A stretch of 63,597 bases of DNA, the filler included, from Collodictyon triciliatum (Eukaryota): NCBI GenBank assembly GCA_043381765.1. It is 12 parts of 12 records of this genome, joined end to end, with 100 filler letters (N's around TTAATTAATTAA, not from the genome) between each part and the next. Parts side by side here need not be neighbours in the genome. Positions count along the whole stretch, not along the records: positions 23,335 to 28,522 come from JBHJMP010005400.1; positions 28,623 to 33,809 come from JBHJMP010005401.1; positions 33,910 to 39,092 come from JBHJMP010005402.1; positions 39,193 to 44,371 come from JBHJMP010005405.1; 8 more parts are not named here. One strand, given 5' to 3'. A program made the position numbers and the translations under genes. Shown here one piece after another: positions 26,677 through 39,409 of the stretch. The stretch's first letter is position 1; each line of letters starts with the position of its first letter. Below the pieces are notes generated by a model. The model searched no databases. It had not been told where the DNA came from and saw only the letters and a list, made by a program, of their open reading frames with translations.

Positions 26677-27869
26677 ATGGCAGAGTAAGTTGCACACCAT
26701 TTTGCAATTGTAGGGTTGAAGCCCAAATCTATCCACTTGAAGCATGCTGCTCAATACTTGTGGTTTTATGTGTATGTGTAACCGAAGGGCACACTTGGAG
26801 AAGGCAAGAAAGGACTCCGAAGTTCGTCAGATGATCCACAGCAAATTGGAGCAAAGTGGCGAGAAACAAAAGTTTGCCAATTCAATACTCACTTATCTAA
26901 TTATTTCCTTACATACGTACGCGACTTTCCTCTAAATAACCGAAACGTCCACGACCGACTTTGGTTAAAGCCATGATGAGGGCGAGTAAGAAACGCGGAT
27001 TTCCCTCACGCTTTTGTATCCCGTTTTATGTAACAAGCATTAACAAAAATTCCTCACATATATCGTTCAGATTGCAGGAATTTCTGAGGCGAAGGTTGGA
27101 GGAAACCAAATGGAGAGACGACTTAAAAAAAAGGGCAAAAGGTCGACCTCTAACTTATTTTTTTTTTTATTGTTATCTATCCATTACTGAAGTAGAGGAT
27201 TTCTCATTAGAATATGTGCTACCTCTCAACTTCGTATTTTTCATTCTTTTGACCAAATCCGTAACCATATGAAGCATAATATAATGCCTTTGTTTCATCC
27301 ATGATTATTTTGGAACAGCAGACCTTTGAATCGAATAAATGAATTTTTTTTTGGAACAGCAGACAATTAATGCATAGAACAATCTTTTCCGCATGATGGG
27401 TTTATTGAAACTTCTAACGTATGTAGAAATCATCAAGGAACGAGGAATGGAAAAAATTCGAGTGGAAGACCTTGTTGCAGAGCTGACTCAACACGGGCGA
27501 GGTGAATGGGTTTACTTAGATATAGAATAAAAATGTGCGTGACATGGTGATGATAATAATGATGATAATAATGATGATAATAATGATGATAATAATGATG
27601 ATAATAATGATGATAATAATGATGATAATAATGATGATAATAATGATGATAATAATAATGATAATAATGATGATAATAATGATGATAATAATGATGATAA
27701 TAATAGTGATAACAATAACACTTGCTTATAATATAAGTATATGTAATAATTTACTACCTAAATGTAGTTATCATGATGATTTCTCGTATATTTCTTTATA
27801 GCCACCGTTCCTTCTGAGGTCAAGAATGAGTTATTGGAAAGAATACGTAACTTTCTTGCTACAGAGTAG
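26677..27869 (+). CDS. ENY2: Transcription and mRNA export factor ENY2/Sus1, 5 exons
   Basis: Spliced product MAE|AHLEKARKDSEVRQMIHSKLEQSGEKQK|LQEFLRRRLEETKWRDDLKKRAK|EIIKERGMEKIRVEDLVAELTQHGR|ATVPSEVKNELLERIRNFLATE* matches the ENY2 consensus along its whole length. Confidence 0.95.
27549..27705. repeat. (GATGATAATAAT)n repeat in ENY2 intron 4
   Basis: Read directly from the sequence. Confidence 0.95.
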
Positions 27870-27882
27870 CAGGATATCAGAA

Positions 27883-28440
27883 TCAAGTGCGGAAAATCCA
27901 TCCAAACTCTATCTCATCCACATGCACACGCTTTTCTGCCGGAGATTGGATGGTCTTACTCTTATTCGCTTTCTTTCTTTTTGCCAGAGAATCGGCTTGC
28001 TTCCCTATCATCTTGTTGCACATACAAAGCACATCAATTTGCTGGATAAAGCTGTCAGGGAACTTGGCTAGTAAAACAGCAGAATCTAATATCTCAGTAT
28101 CCATCGGAAAAGAAGCCATACCAAAGAAGTAAATATATCTGTTTTTGTATTGGAACAACGCACGTCTTGCGAATTGCGGCGCTCAAATAGCTTTCCTGCG
28201 GCCAATCCAAGGAGTTGCAATATACGGGCATTTACGTACGGTATGTATAATCTTGGCCACCGTTACGCTAACTTAGACTGTGCAATTTCATTGAATAGTC
28301 CATTTGGTTTCAGCAGCTTTTGATCGGAGCGGTTTTTGAGCGCAGCAATCACACCTCGCAACCGCGAAACTCGTCTGATCTCCTGGCCTTGCCGACAACG
28401 AAGGCGTGACAAAAGCCTGCCTTCAAGGAACTCCAATAAA
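27883..28440 (-). CDS. 3' end of a hypothetical protein (5' part lost in the gap)
   Basis: Two coding-looking segments (~28265-28440 and 27883-~28125), the last ending ...HVDEIEFGWIFRT*. The splice junction was not resolved. Confidence 0.4.
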
Positions 28441-28622
28441 ACATAAAAACAAAAAAAAGAACCAAAAAAGAGAACCAAAAAAAAGAACCAAAAAAAAAAA
28501 GAACCAAAAAAAAAAAAAAAAANNNNNNNNNNNNNNNNNNNNNNNNNNNNNNNNNNNNNNNNNNNNTTAATTAATTAANNNNNNNNNNNNNNNNNNNNNN
28601 NNNNNNNNNNNNNNNNNNNNNN

Positions 28623-28697
<75 letters not shown>

Positions 28698-28846
28698 AAA
28701 AAAACAAAAAAAACAAAAAAAATAATAGAAAATGAATATAAGGAACAAAAAGACAAATGCAGTTGATGGTATGCAAACGAATACAATAACCACAGGTTAG
28801 TTCGTAAAACCCAAAAAAAAAGTTGGAAAAAAGCACCTGGAAAAGA

Positions 28847-31420
28847 ATGAAACGGATGACGGTGCTTGACTCTGACGTGTTTCTGCTTGATTCCTTTGGT
28901 CTGGCCAATTCACAATACACATCGTTCATGCGATTATCTGGATGGTACCATGTTGAAAAGCCTTACTTTCCTTTACGCTGGCCACCATCGTTTGGGAAGA
29001 AGCAAAATGAACATGGTTCGGTCCTATCTCAGGAAACCTCTGGTGCGACTCCCAAGCGCCCACGCCTTGAAAAACAGGAACCTACCCAACCAGCATCTGA
29101 CTCCAGTGTCGCTTACTTATCGGTGCTGTGGATTGCTTTGAAGGAGACTGTAGATTGGGTGGGATACTTGGAGGAAATCGCGCGCAGCGCTAATCCGCAA
29201 CCAAACAGGCAGCAGATATTACCTGGTGCAGTCGAATGGGATCTGTTGAAAGAGGCCGAGTTAGCAGACATTGCGCATTCTCGCTCGAAAAGAGGTCTGT
29301 ATTTAACAAGTATATATACTACTGTCACTTGGAAAGAAACCCCCTGGAAAGATATTAAATACTTTTTTGTTGCATGTTTGCGCTGTCCAGCTGAAAGACC
29401 TTAGAGTCCGTTTATATTAATCCTAATATATTTTTGATTATTAGTGATTTTGTAGAGATTAAATGCTTAAGAATTATTAATGCATTCTTAGATCGGAACA
29501 AAATCATCGATGTTGCAGAAATCTCGGACTATGACTTCTTCGATTTTATGATTTGTAATCATAATGCTGAAACTGTAGCGTTATTAAATATATATAATAT
29601 TAACAATAAAATGATGATGATAAATATGTGATATCCCCATACAATTTTTATTGAATTTTTAGTTGCATTCTTTTCAAAATGACTCCTCCATTATATTTTT
29701 CATGCTATCATCTAATGCGGTGGGTGGTTTTATTCTAACAAATCCTCAGATTAAACGATTTAAAGAAAATGATGTAATTATACCACGGAACTGCTCGTTT
29801 CTTTTGGTATTTAGAATGTTGATTTTTGTTCTTCACAGGAATATTCGATTCTATTCATTTTGTCAAGTCATAAAATAATCCCACAATCTCGCACAAATTG
29901 AAAAGGATACTATAATAAAAATGAAGTATTCTAACATGCCATCGTTTATCCAATTATTGCTCATAAAGTCTGATCTGGAGGATATGGAGCCTCTGATTTC
30001 TAACAAACCAACCGCCGGATTCGATCTTATAACGATGGACCCACCATGGCACAATAAAAGTGTAAAAAGAGGAAACAAGTATATAATTACTGCACGATGT
30101 TGAAGTAGAGCTTGTATTCTTTCAATAGCATTTTTTAATTAATTTTAACTTTCTGCATTTCCAAGTATTTTATCTGCCTGTTTATATTTCATTTTCAACA
30201 ATATTTTAAATCAGAGGAAAATATTATAATTATATAAAAAAAGGTATAGTACTCTTGGTCTATCTGACTTGATATCTATCCCGGTTGATAAACTAGCAAA
30301 TAAGAGGGTATTTTCGAAAAACATATACCTCCGATAATATTCATTTTTAGGATCATATATAATATTTGATTCATTGGTTTATTGACTAATAAGAGGCTCC
30401 TTTCTGTGAAGGGTTGCTTGGTGGTGGTATGGGTGACGAATAATCCACGCTTGCAGCAATTTGTATTAAAGGATATGTTTGGGTATCACAGCTTCTCTTC
30501 TACCAATTTTCTTTGTTTGATAACGCTTCACTTTTAGTTAAAAATGAATAAAGGATTAATTGAGCATTCTGGGTTTAAATTATGCTTGAATATAGTGTTT
30601 GGAACGCAAAGCACATAGCCACGTGGTACTGGATTAAAGTAAGTTTCCAGTGTCAATATATAGACTTGTGAAATGAATTGCATTTTCCTACTGATTGGAT
30701 TTAATATTTAGCCTCCTTTATAATGTTATTACCAAACATTTATTGAATGATTCTGAACCAGCTAATGAGAATATTTATAATATCCTGCGATCGATTATTC
30801 CTTCTTTTTTTTTAAAAAAAAAAAAAAACTTAACAAAAATATAAGGTTACGTCTTTCGGGGATTTGGTAACAGATATGACATCTACTCACAAGGTCCCAT
30901 TTGAGCCCATATTACTCGGTTGGATAGGAGAACATGCGTATGAATCTCATTTTAAATCCATTTTACAAAACCAACTATTTAAGATGTAAACAGATGTTTC
31001 ATTTGTAACGAAACAGTTTCATATCATTATTTTGGATAGGAGAATGCCCATTGGGATAACTGAGAAAACAGTGATGGTTTCAGTCCCAAGCCGACACTCA
31101 CAAAAACCATCCTTACAAGGTCTGTTTCTCCGTGCTTTTCCCACGTTTACATGTCTTCTAGGATTATTTTAAAACACGAGATGAAAAAATTCAAATATTT
31201 TCCCATCCCTCTTTCATCAATTTCCATGTGTTTGCCTTTAAATACTGAAATGAAAATCACAGATGTGATTGGGGCAAAAATATGGGGCTCACTCCTCACT
31301 AATCGGCTGGAGTTATTCGCGAGGAACTTGACACCTGAATGGACAAGCTGGGGAAATGAAGTGTTGTATTTTCAGAACGCCAAGTTTTTCACGCATCGAA
31401 GTGACCAAGAATCCTTGTGA
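28847..31420 (+). CDS. METTL4: MT-A70 family N6-adenine methyltransferase METTL4, 10 exons
   Basis: Motifs FDLITMDPPWHNKSVKRGNK|YSTL, GCLVVVWVTNNP, ATWYWIK|VT, HKVPFEPILLG, VSVPSRHSQKPSL, LELFARNLTPEWTSWGNEVLYFQ. The DPPW-x-NKS and SWGNEVL motifs are typical of METTL4. Confidence 0.93.
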
Positions 31421-32076
31421 TTATTTTTTCTTTGAATAAAAGAACCCGTATCATCCTTATTTTTCCCAGCGTACTTTTCTATTTCAACAAATTAGAAGGA
31501 ATTAACTTAAAAAGTGAAAGGATTGGCGTGCGCAGTGTTTACATTTATATGTGATGAGGTGGATCAAAATTCCATGCTCAATATATGCGATGCATCATTT
31601 ACAATAGAAAAAAAATGGAAAGAAATAAGGTTGAGTAGTTACAAAAAAAAATATAACAACAAAAATTAAACAATGTCAGTGCCAATTTTCTGTCCGATTA
31701 TATGAGTTATTGTCCGACCTTGGCGATGTGTTCTCATTTTAAAAGAATAGTATATCTGCATAACAGAATTATCTAATATGTAAACTTGTACATAAGCATT
31801 TTAAAATAACTCACATTTTTTTCTTAAAAAACTATACCAATTATATGTAATGATAATAGTATGTTCGCCATAAAGTAAATATGCTACTGATTTTGATACA
31901 TATATAAATATCTAATATGGTATTTTTTATTTTGGTCATCACTGTTATCATCAAAATCAGGTAATTTGATGTTGTTTGTGAGCTATGGACACTTTTTTCA
32001 ATATCTGTTTTTCATATGGCCCTATCGAAGGGACAGTGAGAATCCATCAACCCTAAAAACGGAATTAATTGGCCGT

Positions 32077-33558
32077 TCACTCCAAAATCCAATCGGCCCA
32101 TTCCTCAGTAGAGACGGGGCCTATTATCTGCTTGAGGCGTTCGACGTGAGGATGGAAGAGTTGAGCAAGCTGATAGCGCGTAGATACAGACATATGCGGC
32201 TGTGTTTTTTTCAGAGAGTAAGGGACGTTGTTCATATCAGAGTAGGGTCTGTTTGGGACATGCCCACCCTGAGGAAGTCCAGGAGGCTTGAATGGGATTA
32301 TTGTTGCAGAACCACTGAGGAAAGAACGTGCTCTTTGTTTGAAGTTGTCTTCATAACTCTCTGCCGAGTCTTCTTGAACGAACATAAAATTATCTCTTGG
32401 GTATTCGCGGAGCCATTGCAACAGATGAATGTCATACATGGCTGTGACAAGGACATCACGAACATCGTGGGGCAAGTCTTCAATCCATGCTGGACGAGCT
32501 GTAATGTCTTCTGGACCGTACGTTTGCTTCGGAAGCTTGTCTATTGCACTGATTATCCATTCATCAAACGCCACTTTTGACCCTTTTGCTTGAACCACTT
32601 TTTGGAACAAATTCCACACCAAGTCGATTGGATTGCGAAGCCATACTATGAAACGTGTAGAAGTACCCAAGATAGACTTTGCTCTACATAATAAATAGCA
32701 AACATCATCCCGCATTCGGCTTAGACAATCTTTATTTTAATGTCTAAATACAATGGCTAAGCACACCGAAAACGCAATTATGTATAGATAAAATATTGGT
32801 ATATCAGATATTAATGGGGAAGAAAAAAAGAGAATGATAACCTTCTATTTGCTAACAACCACAAACTCCACAATAAACCGAAAAATGAAAAATGATATAT
32901 AAGATATGAAAAATGAGACATGAAAAATGAGAAATGAGAACGGTAAATACCTTGAGTAAGCCTCGTTGGCAGATAGATTTCCATCAGACATATCAATGTT
33001 ACCTTTGAATCCTGGACGTATCATCACAGGCCATGCCGGGAGATACGAGGCCAGTCCAACATTGGGCTCCAGCAAAGGCGAATGAAACTCGATAGTTGCC
33101 TGTCCATTCTGGCCCACGGAGCTGCCGTCGCTACTGGAGTCTGGGTAAACAGGGAGCTGGATTCCTCCGTCAGCCTTCAGAAGAGGCCCAAGAAACCGCG
33201 CAACGACTTCGTCTGTGGAAGGAGGACGAAGCAGCAGGAAACGAGGCAGGCAAGCGTACTCAGCCCACTCCCGCGGCCGCACTCCGATTTCCAGGCCAAG
33301 CGTCTTGACGGGCTCGTAGCCGACGGTTCCGTTGGCGTAGAATATGAGCGAGAAGCAGCGGGCGTAGTAAAGGTGGCGAGTGGAGAAGGGCTGCAGGCTG
33401 GACGAGATTTCGGGGGAGTTGTTGGTTGTGTTTGAGCCGAAGAGGGAAAAGTGGCTGACGAACGAAAAGACCCCGGTGAAGAGAAGCACAAAGGCGGCGC
33501 CCTGGAGAAGCCGACGGCGATGCGCTGTGGTTTCGATCGGGCTTGATTCTGCCTCCAT
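32077..33558 (-). CDS. Type II membrane protein with a degenerate glycosaminoglycan-sulfotransferase-like domain, 2 exons
   Basis: Short basic N-tail plus a TM segment (RRRLLQGAAFVLLFTGVFSFV), then ACLPRFLLL, RFIVWLRNPIDL, YDIHLLQWLREYPRDNFMFV and LAQLFHPHVERLKQIIG...W. These parallel CHST15/HS3ST-type sulfotransferase motifs. Confidence 0.7.
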
Positions 33559-34042
33559 TTGAGTGCAGTTTGGCTTGGTTATCTGCTTCTCCGGGGAGCT
33601 GGGACTACTGGCAAAGACTGCGGGGTTTCCTTCTTCTTTTTTTCTTCCATTTAATATTATAGTTTTTTTTTTAATCTTTAATTGTTTATTTTTATGATGA
33701 TTTGTCATTGTGTTATCAGGCATTGTTGCGTATATTCGATTCAAAGGGATGGAAGGACAACGATTGCATATCGGCCGTGTAATTACATGGGTGAGTTTTC
33801 TGGTGGTGGNNNNNNNNNNNNNNNNNNNNNNNNNNNNNNNNNNNNNNNNNNNNTTAATTAATTAANNNNNNNNNNNNNNNNNNNNNNNNNNNNNNNNNNN
33901 NNNNNNNNNAACAAAAATAAAAACAAAAATAAAAACAAAAATAAAAACAAAAATAAAAACAAAAATAAAAACAAAAATAAAAACAAAAATAAAAACAAAA
34001 ATAAAAACAAAACAAAAATAAAAATAAAGACAAACAAACCAA

Positions 34043-37000
34043 CGTATGAGTTGTGTGCATCGAATTGTTTGATATTCCACTTGACTTTCTCCATCGCAGT
34101 CATGTGAGAGTCGAGCTGAAAAAAGTGGATAGAAAAGATTAAAGCATCAATAAATTTGAACATAAGTGCTTTTTTTTTTTTTTTGGTATTTCTTATATTC
34201 ATAACAAACCGAAAGAAGCTGATAGGATAAATGTCTGTGCATAAACTTTCTCAGCTCCGTAGTAGCTGCTTTGATATTGTCTCGGAACTCACTCAGTTGC
34301 AGAGTGTGTCCTTTTGGAAAAATAACCTAATGCCGGGTGGATATGTTATGCTGTCATTCAAAAGTTACGCTAGCTAGTTCTTTACATAGCTCGTACTCAA
34401 GCACATAAAACAAAAATAAACAGAAACAAAAACAACTGGTGGAAACAAGCATTTCAGTAAATCCCACACTATACTCTGAAACTATTGCTGAAGACAAGTG
34501 TTTTAGTATAATGTGTGATTTGAATGATTGGAATATACTTGAAGTCGACTTGAAATCGATGTGAAAATATCGTCCAGAAATTTCATAGATTCAGCAGCAG
34601 CAACTCTTTCGAAGAAAGAATAGTAGTTCCCAGGATTACTCATAGCGACTTGAGTGTCGAGAGGCATGGGGCGAGGCGGCAGGGATTGGCTCTCTGAATC
34701 AATTTCAGTGCTTATTTAATGGAAATTTTGATATATTGTTTTGTTTCACTTTGATTCAATTCCCTACATTGATGAAAATATAGATGAAAATAATTATTTT
34801 ATCTCACCAAGTGATGTATCGTGTCGGATATCCTTCGGGAATGTCCACCAAGGCTGCTTGGACAAAAACTTATGAACCCAGTGCAGGGGATTCGAAAGAG
34901 ACTGAGGTATCCCTAATATGTATTCATTTATATCAACTTAAGGGTTTTAACATAAATATAGCAAGGTGGATGTTGGAACATACAAAACTCCATGTACATT
35001 AGTTTAATTAATAAGCTCAGGAAGGGACATGAGAATGCAGATATTTGGCTCGTGCGATGAAATAGAGGAATAAAACGTTTTACACAAGATGTTGTTTTCT
35101 GGGGTGGCCATGTGGCATTGACCAGCAAAGAGGGAGTAAACGGAGTAGATCTGCATCATGCAGATATTGAAATGAGGTAAATGGATTTACACAGTTTTAA
35201 GACTTTTTCAATTATTGCTCAGGATTTTTTTTCTTCCCATTACATAGAAACAAGCGATCTGGCACGCATCCACAAAAATATCAGGAGCAATCAGCTTCAG
35301 ATCTTCCATAAGAAGAAGATACTCTCCAATTCTTCGAGATATGTTGATGACTGTAGAGGTTAAGACCGGGCCACTTTCATCCTCGGATTCTTTTATATGT
35401 CATGTACGTGAATGAGATTTTCGGGCTGTGTGCTTAGCATGAAAACAACTTTGTTGCATTCGATTGCGGACGAATACAAAGGCGAAGATAAGGTGAGATC
35501 AAATATTAACTGAATTGTGCAGCTCTCTTTCCTCTCTTTCCAACTTCTTCGTCGATATATTCCTGGCGGAGTTCTTCCATTTCATCGTCTTCCTTTTCAT
35601 GCTCTTTCTATATGAAGATTTTCATATGCACTGAATACACCGTATATGAATATATAAAATGAAGCAGAGTGGTTCTGTGAAAAATGAAAATCGTCCGAAA
35701 GCTTGGAATTTATCTAGAATTATCATAGAGAATAAGATATATTCACCTGAGATGTGATTATGGGGCTTGCCGGCGTCGGTCGACTCAATATGTTCGATTT
35801 ATTGAAGGGGTTGGATCCACTCTCGTATTCAAGGAGCCACTTGTTTGAGGAGGTTGATGATGATGAAGTCTTTTGAAACTTGATGAATGCAAAAATTTCG
35901 GATATATCTAGATGATTTACTCATTGTTAATCGAAATTTTCAGACAATTGTTCTTATTTTATTGTGTTATATTCATGATTGAATTTTATATGAGCCACCT
36001 TTCGCACTAAAGTCTGTCTGGACAAGACAACGCTGCCAACTTTCGTTTTCAATCATTATTTTGAGAGCCTACAATATTTTACAAAAAGATATTGGGATAT
36101 GAGATATACTTATTTTAGATAAATACGTCCGTCTGATGGAATAAAGAAAATATAAAAAATGAACAGAGAACAAATAAAAATAGAGTTTATAGTTTCTCTG
36201 ACATCAATTTGTCCTCTATGGTAGGTGTCGAAAAATATTTTGGTTTGGACAGTCAAGGAGGCATTTAGAATGTGGCTTGTGTGTTCACTGTACTCTGCTC
36301 CGAATTCCATAAACTACATCAACCATAGATGTCAAGTTTCTGATTTTTTTGATTCTTTTCATGGTACATGTTGATGAAAATTTATTCGAAAGTTTTTTTT
36401 TTTTTTAGGGATGTAATCGTATGATATGTGCTAATATGAGACATAAATAAACCTTGTGAAGGGACTGAAAAACCAAAATGAAGTCATCCAATTGTTGATT
36501 CAGTAGCCTATTTTGAGTTGATTGCAAGAAAATGGTCACTTTTCGTTGGACTTCTTCCCAAATTTCCTTTTTGAATGACTGCAAGCGAGTGCCAGTCAAA
36601 ACCATATTTATGTCCGGAATTTTGGTATTCCTTCGAGATTGTTGGTAAAAATAATTAGTTGCATAAATATGATCTATGAACGATGAATATGAGAAGAAGA
36701 AAACCAAATCACATCGCAAAAAATAAATAAATAATTACATCCTCCATCCAATATAAATTTCATAAAAATAAGAGATAAAAGTATGTGATAGAATCAAATA
36801 AAAGGATACTGTGCATATTTCTGATGCCAGAGTACGGCAACATGGTTTTGGTATAGTCTCATAGCAAGACTGTCTATCAGGGACGACAAGCACGCTTGGA
36901 AGTTATTCCTTGATATTTTGCTGCAGATAACTTTAAATTCCGATCTGTTGGAGAAGAAAAAAAAATTAGAACATCAGCACATAAAAAGAAAAAAACAAAA

Positions 37001-38864
37001 GAACGAACTAATGTGCAATTTTTGATTAATTGGTTTGATAGTATCTAGAGAGCTTAATGATGCAAATAGAAATTATTATAATTATAATTATTATTATTAA
37101 GATACACACTTTTCGATAGTGGAGGTATCTGTTGAATCGCTCAGGTTTTCTAAAACATGACGAAGGACACAATCTCGACTTAGATTACCAATCGTTATTT
37201 TATATATCTCTTCGACAGAACTGATGACGCTGTTTTCGTCTTGCAGTTCAAAGTAACTATTTCATACGAGAAAAAATAGCCGCAATTTATGATCATCTAT
37301 TTTCTCTATCCGACCCGAGATATTTCTAAATTACATTTTTTCTTTGACAAAAAGAAGAACAAGATGTTTGTAGAAAAAAATATGATCCTAACCTTTTAAT
37401 GACTGTCTCGTATTTTTCAGGATTAAAAACTTGGGTGAGCTGCTCCATGGATGTTCGTAGCCTCTGTAGGATTGCAAATTTGTTCTCCTGATACATTTTT
37501 CTCTAATATTAGTATATAAAAAAGACACTTATATGTGGCAATATATTTTCCGAAAGTGGATTCATCGTTAATTAAAAATGAATTGATGATTTCAAAAATA
37601 AAATATTTTCTTTAAAAAGAAATGGGTCGTGAGGGAAAGAAGGGATAACATCATCGTGTTATCTGATACTTGCCTCGATGCTATGAACGATATTTTGTGT
37701 TGCGTTCAACTGAAGGTAGAGAGGTTCAGCTTCGCGACATTCCTTATATAACTGAATGGCTTTCATGAAATTTTGACTGTCAAGAGCCCTTCGAATATTA
37801 TCAGATAAATTCAAAAGCTGGCTGACTTTAGCCAAGCTCTCCTCGGCTTCCTGGAAGTAAGTACATATTTTGACTGCATGAACCCGATACGGAATGATAA
37901 AAGCTATATTAGATATTGAATTACATTGTAGCCAATCAATCTTACCTGTATAAAAAGGTGTCTTTGGTAAATACCGATTATCGATACAGGACCGGAAAGC
38001 AAGGCATTGTCAGCTTCGTTCAAGAGCTGCTTTCCTTCTCTGCAAAGCTGTGCCGTAGTTGAGAGTTCAGTACTCAGCTTGTTGATCTGATGTATGCCCT
38101 CCACTATCATGTGATAAAAAAAATAAAAGAAGTAAAAAAAGCCGATTAGATGAGAGATTGTCCATCTGACATAGCTAAATTATGGCACCACAAAGGCAAT
38201 TGTATATGAAATATTAAGGATTATCACCAAAAGCTGCATATCGGTCGTCCACGTGGGATGCAAGTTCTGCATTTATGGATAGAAGAGACTTCTTGACGCT
38301 ATCGATGCTTAGTTCCAGAAAGTTTTCCGAAATCTCTCGCGAATTGGGGAGGTCGTTGAGGACTTTGGCAACTACGTCAAAGTCAGGTTCGAGCATTTCT
38401 GCAGGAAAACGCTGGATTATAAGCTTACTGTCCTGAGCCAGGTCTTGGGGAATATCATCCTTTCAGAATATTTTATACAGATTGAGTTACAATCAGATAG
38501 GAAGTAATAGTCAGTGTATTGACCGAGAACGACTGGTGCAAAAAAATATTAATAATAATACGAAAAACAACAGACGATGATACGATACGATACGATACGA
38601 TATGATACGATATGATACGATAAATAAATGAATTTAGAATATTTTTTTTAAAAGGATGCCGGTATTACAAATATGAAAGTAGGAAAAGGAGGGCCAGAGG
38701 AATGAGAGAGCTGAAAAGAAGAAACAGCTAACCCCTAGACGCGGCAGCTTTGGGATTTCTACAGGATGTATTTCGTCTGTGTTTTCCACGTTGAACAGCC
38801 CAGAGGCAGCCCGAGCCATGTCCATCAAAGGCGCTTGAATGGCACCAAAGCGAAGCATGTCCAT
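34043..38864 (-). CDS. VPS50: Syndetin / EARP complex subunit VPS50, multi-exon, 3' partial
   Basis: Spliced motifs: EPDFDVVAKVL, VEGIHQINKL, EIWEEVQRKV, LKIMIENESWQRC, EELRQEYIDEEVG, GPVLTSTVINISRRIGEY, ERVAAAESMKFL, MEKVKWNIKQFDAHNSYV. Confidence 0.9.
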
Positions 38865-38995
38865 CTTCCTCCGCCTTCAGATTATTTCCTGGGTGATCAG
38901 TCAAACGATCAAAGCAAAGAACGTGCGCTGAGGATACATCAACAAAAAGAAGAAAAAGGCTGTGGATCGGGCGACGCGAAAGGAGTATCGTTGAG

Positions 38996-39092
38996 AAAAG
39001 CATAAAAAGCATAAAAAGCATAAAAAGCATAAAAAGCATAAAAAGCATAAAAAGCATAAAAAGCATAAAAAGCATAAAAAGCATAAAAAGCA
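38996..39092. repeat. (AAAAAGCAT)n repeat
   Basis: Read directly; ends contig 7. Confidence 0.95.
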
Positions 39093-39192
39093 NNNNNNNN
39101 NNNNNNNNNNNNNNNNNNNNNNNNNNNNNNNNNNNNTTAATTAATTAANNNNNNNNNNNNNNNNNNNNNNNNNNNNNNNNNNNNNNNNNNNN

Positions 39193-39345
39193 TTTTTATT
39201 GGGTTTTTTATTGGGTTTTTTATTGGGTTTTTTATTGGGTTTTTTATTGGGTTTTTTATTGGGTTTTTTATTGGGTTTTTATTGGGTTTTTATTGGGTTT
39301 TTATTGGTTTTTTATTGGTTTTTTATTGGTTTTTTTATTGGTTTT
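39193..39345. repeat. (TTTTTTATTGGG)n repeat decaying to (TTTTTATTGG)n
   Basis: Read directly; starts contig 8. Confidence 0.95.
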
Positions 39346-39409
39346 CCTTTATAATTACTAAATGCTACTTTAAACCCTATCCAGTTATGAACTTGTGAAA
39401 AATCCGCTC

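Noticed and set aside
39193-39345. (TTTTTTATTGGG)n as a telomere
   Set aside because: The G-rich strand points into the contig, the unit decays, and other contig ends carry unrelated repeats.
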